64,000 nt of DNA from positions 15,111 through 79,110 of IMG/VR virus record IMGVR_UViG_3300042509_002208, one strand, 5' to 3'. The position numbers were made by a program, and so were the translations under genes. Positions within the stretch are counted from its first letter, which is position 1, and each line of letters opens with the position of its first letter. This document shows positions 63,604 through 64,000 of this stretch, piece after piece. The stretch is from a virus. Under the pieces are notes generated by a model that saw only the letters and a list, made by a program, of their open reading frames with translations, was not told where the DNA came from and did no database searches.

Positions 63604-64000
63604 AACTCGGTGCTCACGCGATATGTGGGTATCGATTTTTACAAATAAACAGCGAATTACCGCTTTTCGGGGGGAAGGGGTAGCCCGGCCGCTTAACACA
63701 TCGAGATCCCAGGTGTCAAGGGCGATTTGCGGATTGTAACGTTAGGTCCAGAGTACCTGTGTGAGGTGCAGATACGCAGGACACGCTTAACCACTAGTTT
63801 GCCGAAGATTTTGAATGGATGATAAAAACGCGCAGATTTTACCACCTGTGCGCAAAAATGTATCGCACTGCACAAAAATCGCTGAAAATCTTAATGAAAC
63901 CTAGAAAAAGTTCCCGCCGCCCGCCGGGCGGGGCATGGGCATGTAACGAAATATTACAAATCCGGCCCGGATCCGGCTCGGGTGCGCCGGCTGGCGCGAT

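Noticed and set aside
1-64000. Prophage or temperate lifestyle
   Set aside because: No integrase, att sites or host flanks in this window; lifestyle cannot be settled from this segment

Overview
The whole window is a tailed dsDNA cyanophage genome segment. A picocyanobacterial host is likely: it has a host-type B12-dependent NrdJ, two sigma factors, tandem glutamine riboswitches ahead of a DUF4278-like peptide, and many small genes typical of cyanophages. The architecture recalls S-CBS4/S-EIV1-like phages; this is from memory, not a search. Layout: 1-23.6 kb virion genes (scaffold, major capsid protein, a long run of fibre/adaptor genes, a 2OG-Fe(II) oxygenase and a sulfotransferase-like gene); 24-26.5 kb lysis; 26.7-46.5 kb replication, recombination, nucleotide metabolism, terminase and portal; 46.5-64 kb accessory genes, tRNAs and non-coding RNAs. 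No integrase, DNA polymerase, CRISPR array or reverse transcriptase was seen. Most notable: (1) an ~850-nt head-to-tail array of one normal tRNA, several altered tRNA-like RNAs and other structured RNAs, under its own promoter and next to a metallophosphoesterase; (2) a probable -1 programmed frameshift at the holin stop codon; (3) a GG-N4-CTA single-element promoter ahead of nearly all late genes, together with a SigF-like sigma that lacks region 4.2; (4) an early-promoter SH3 / Pro-rich / L,D-transpeptidase operon; (5) matching C- and N-terminal motifs that suggest a daisy-chained fibre. Family assignments come from motif recognition only.
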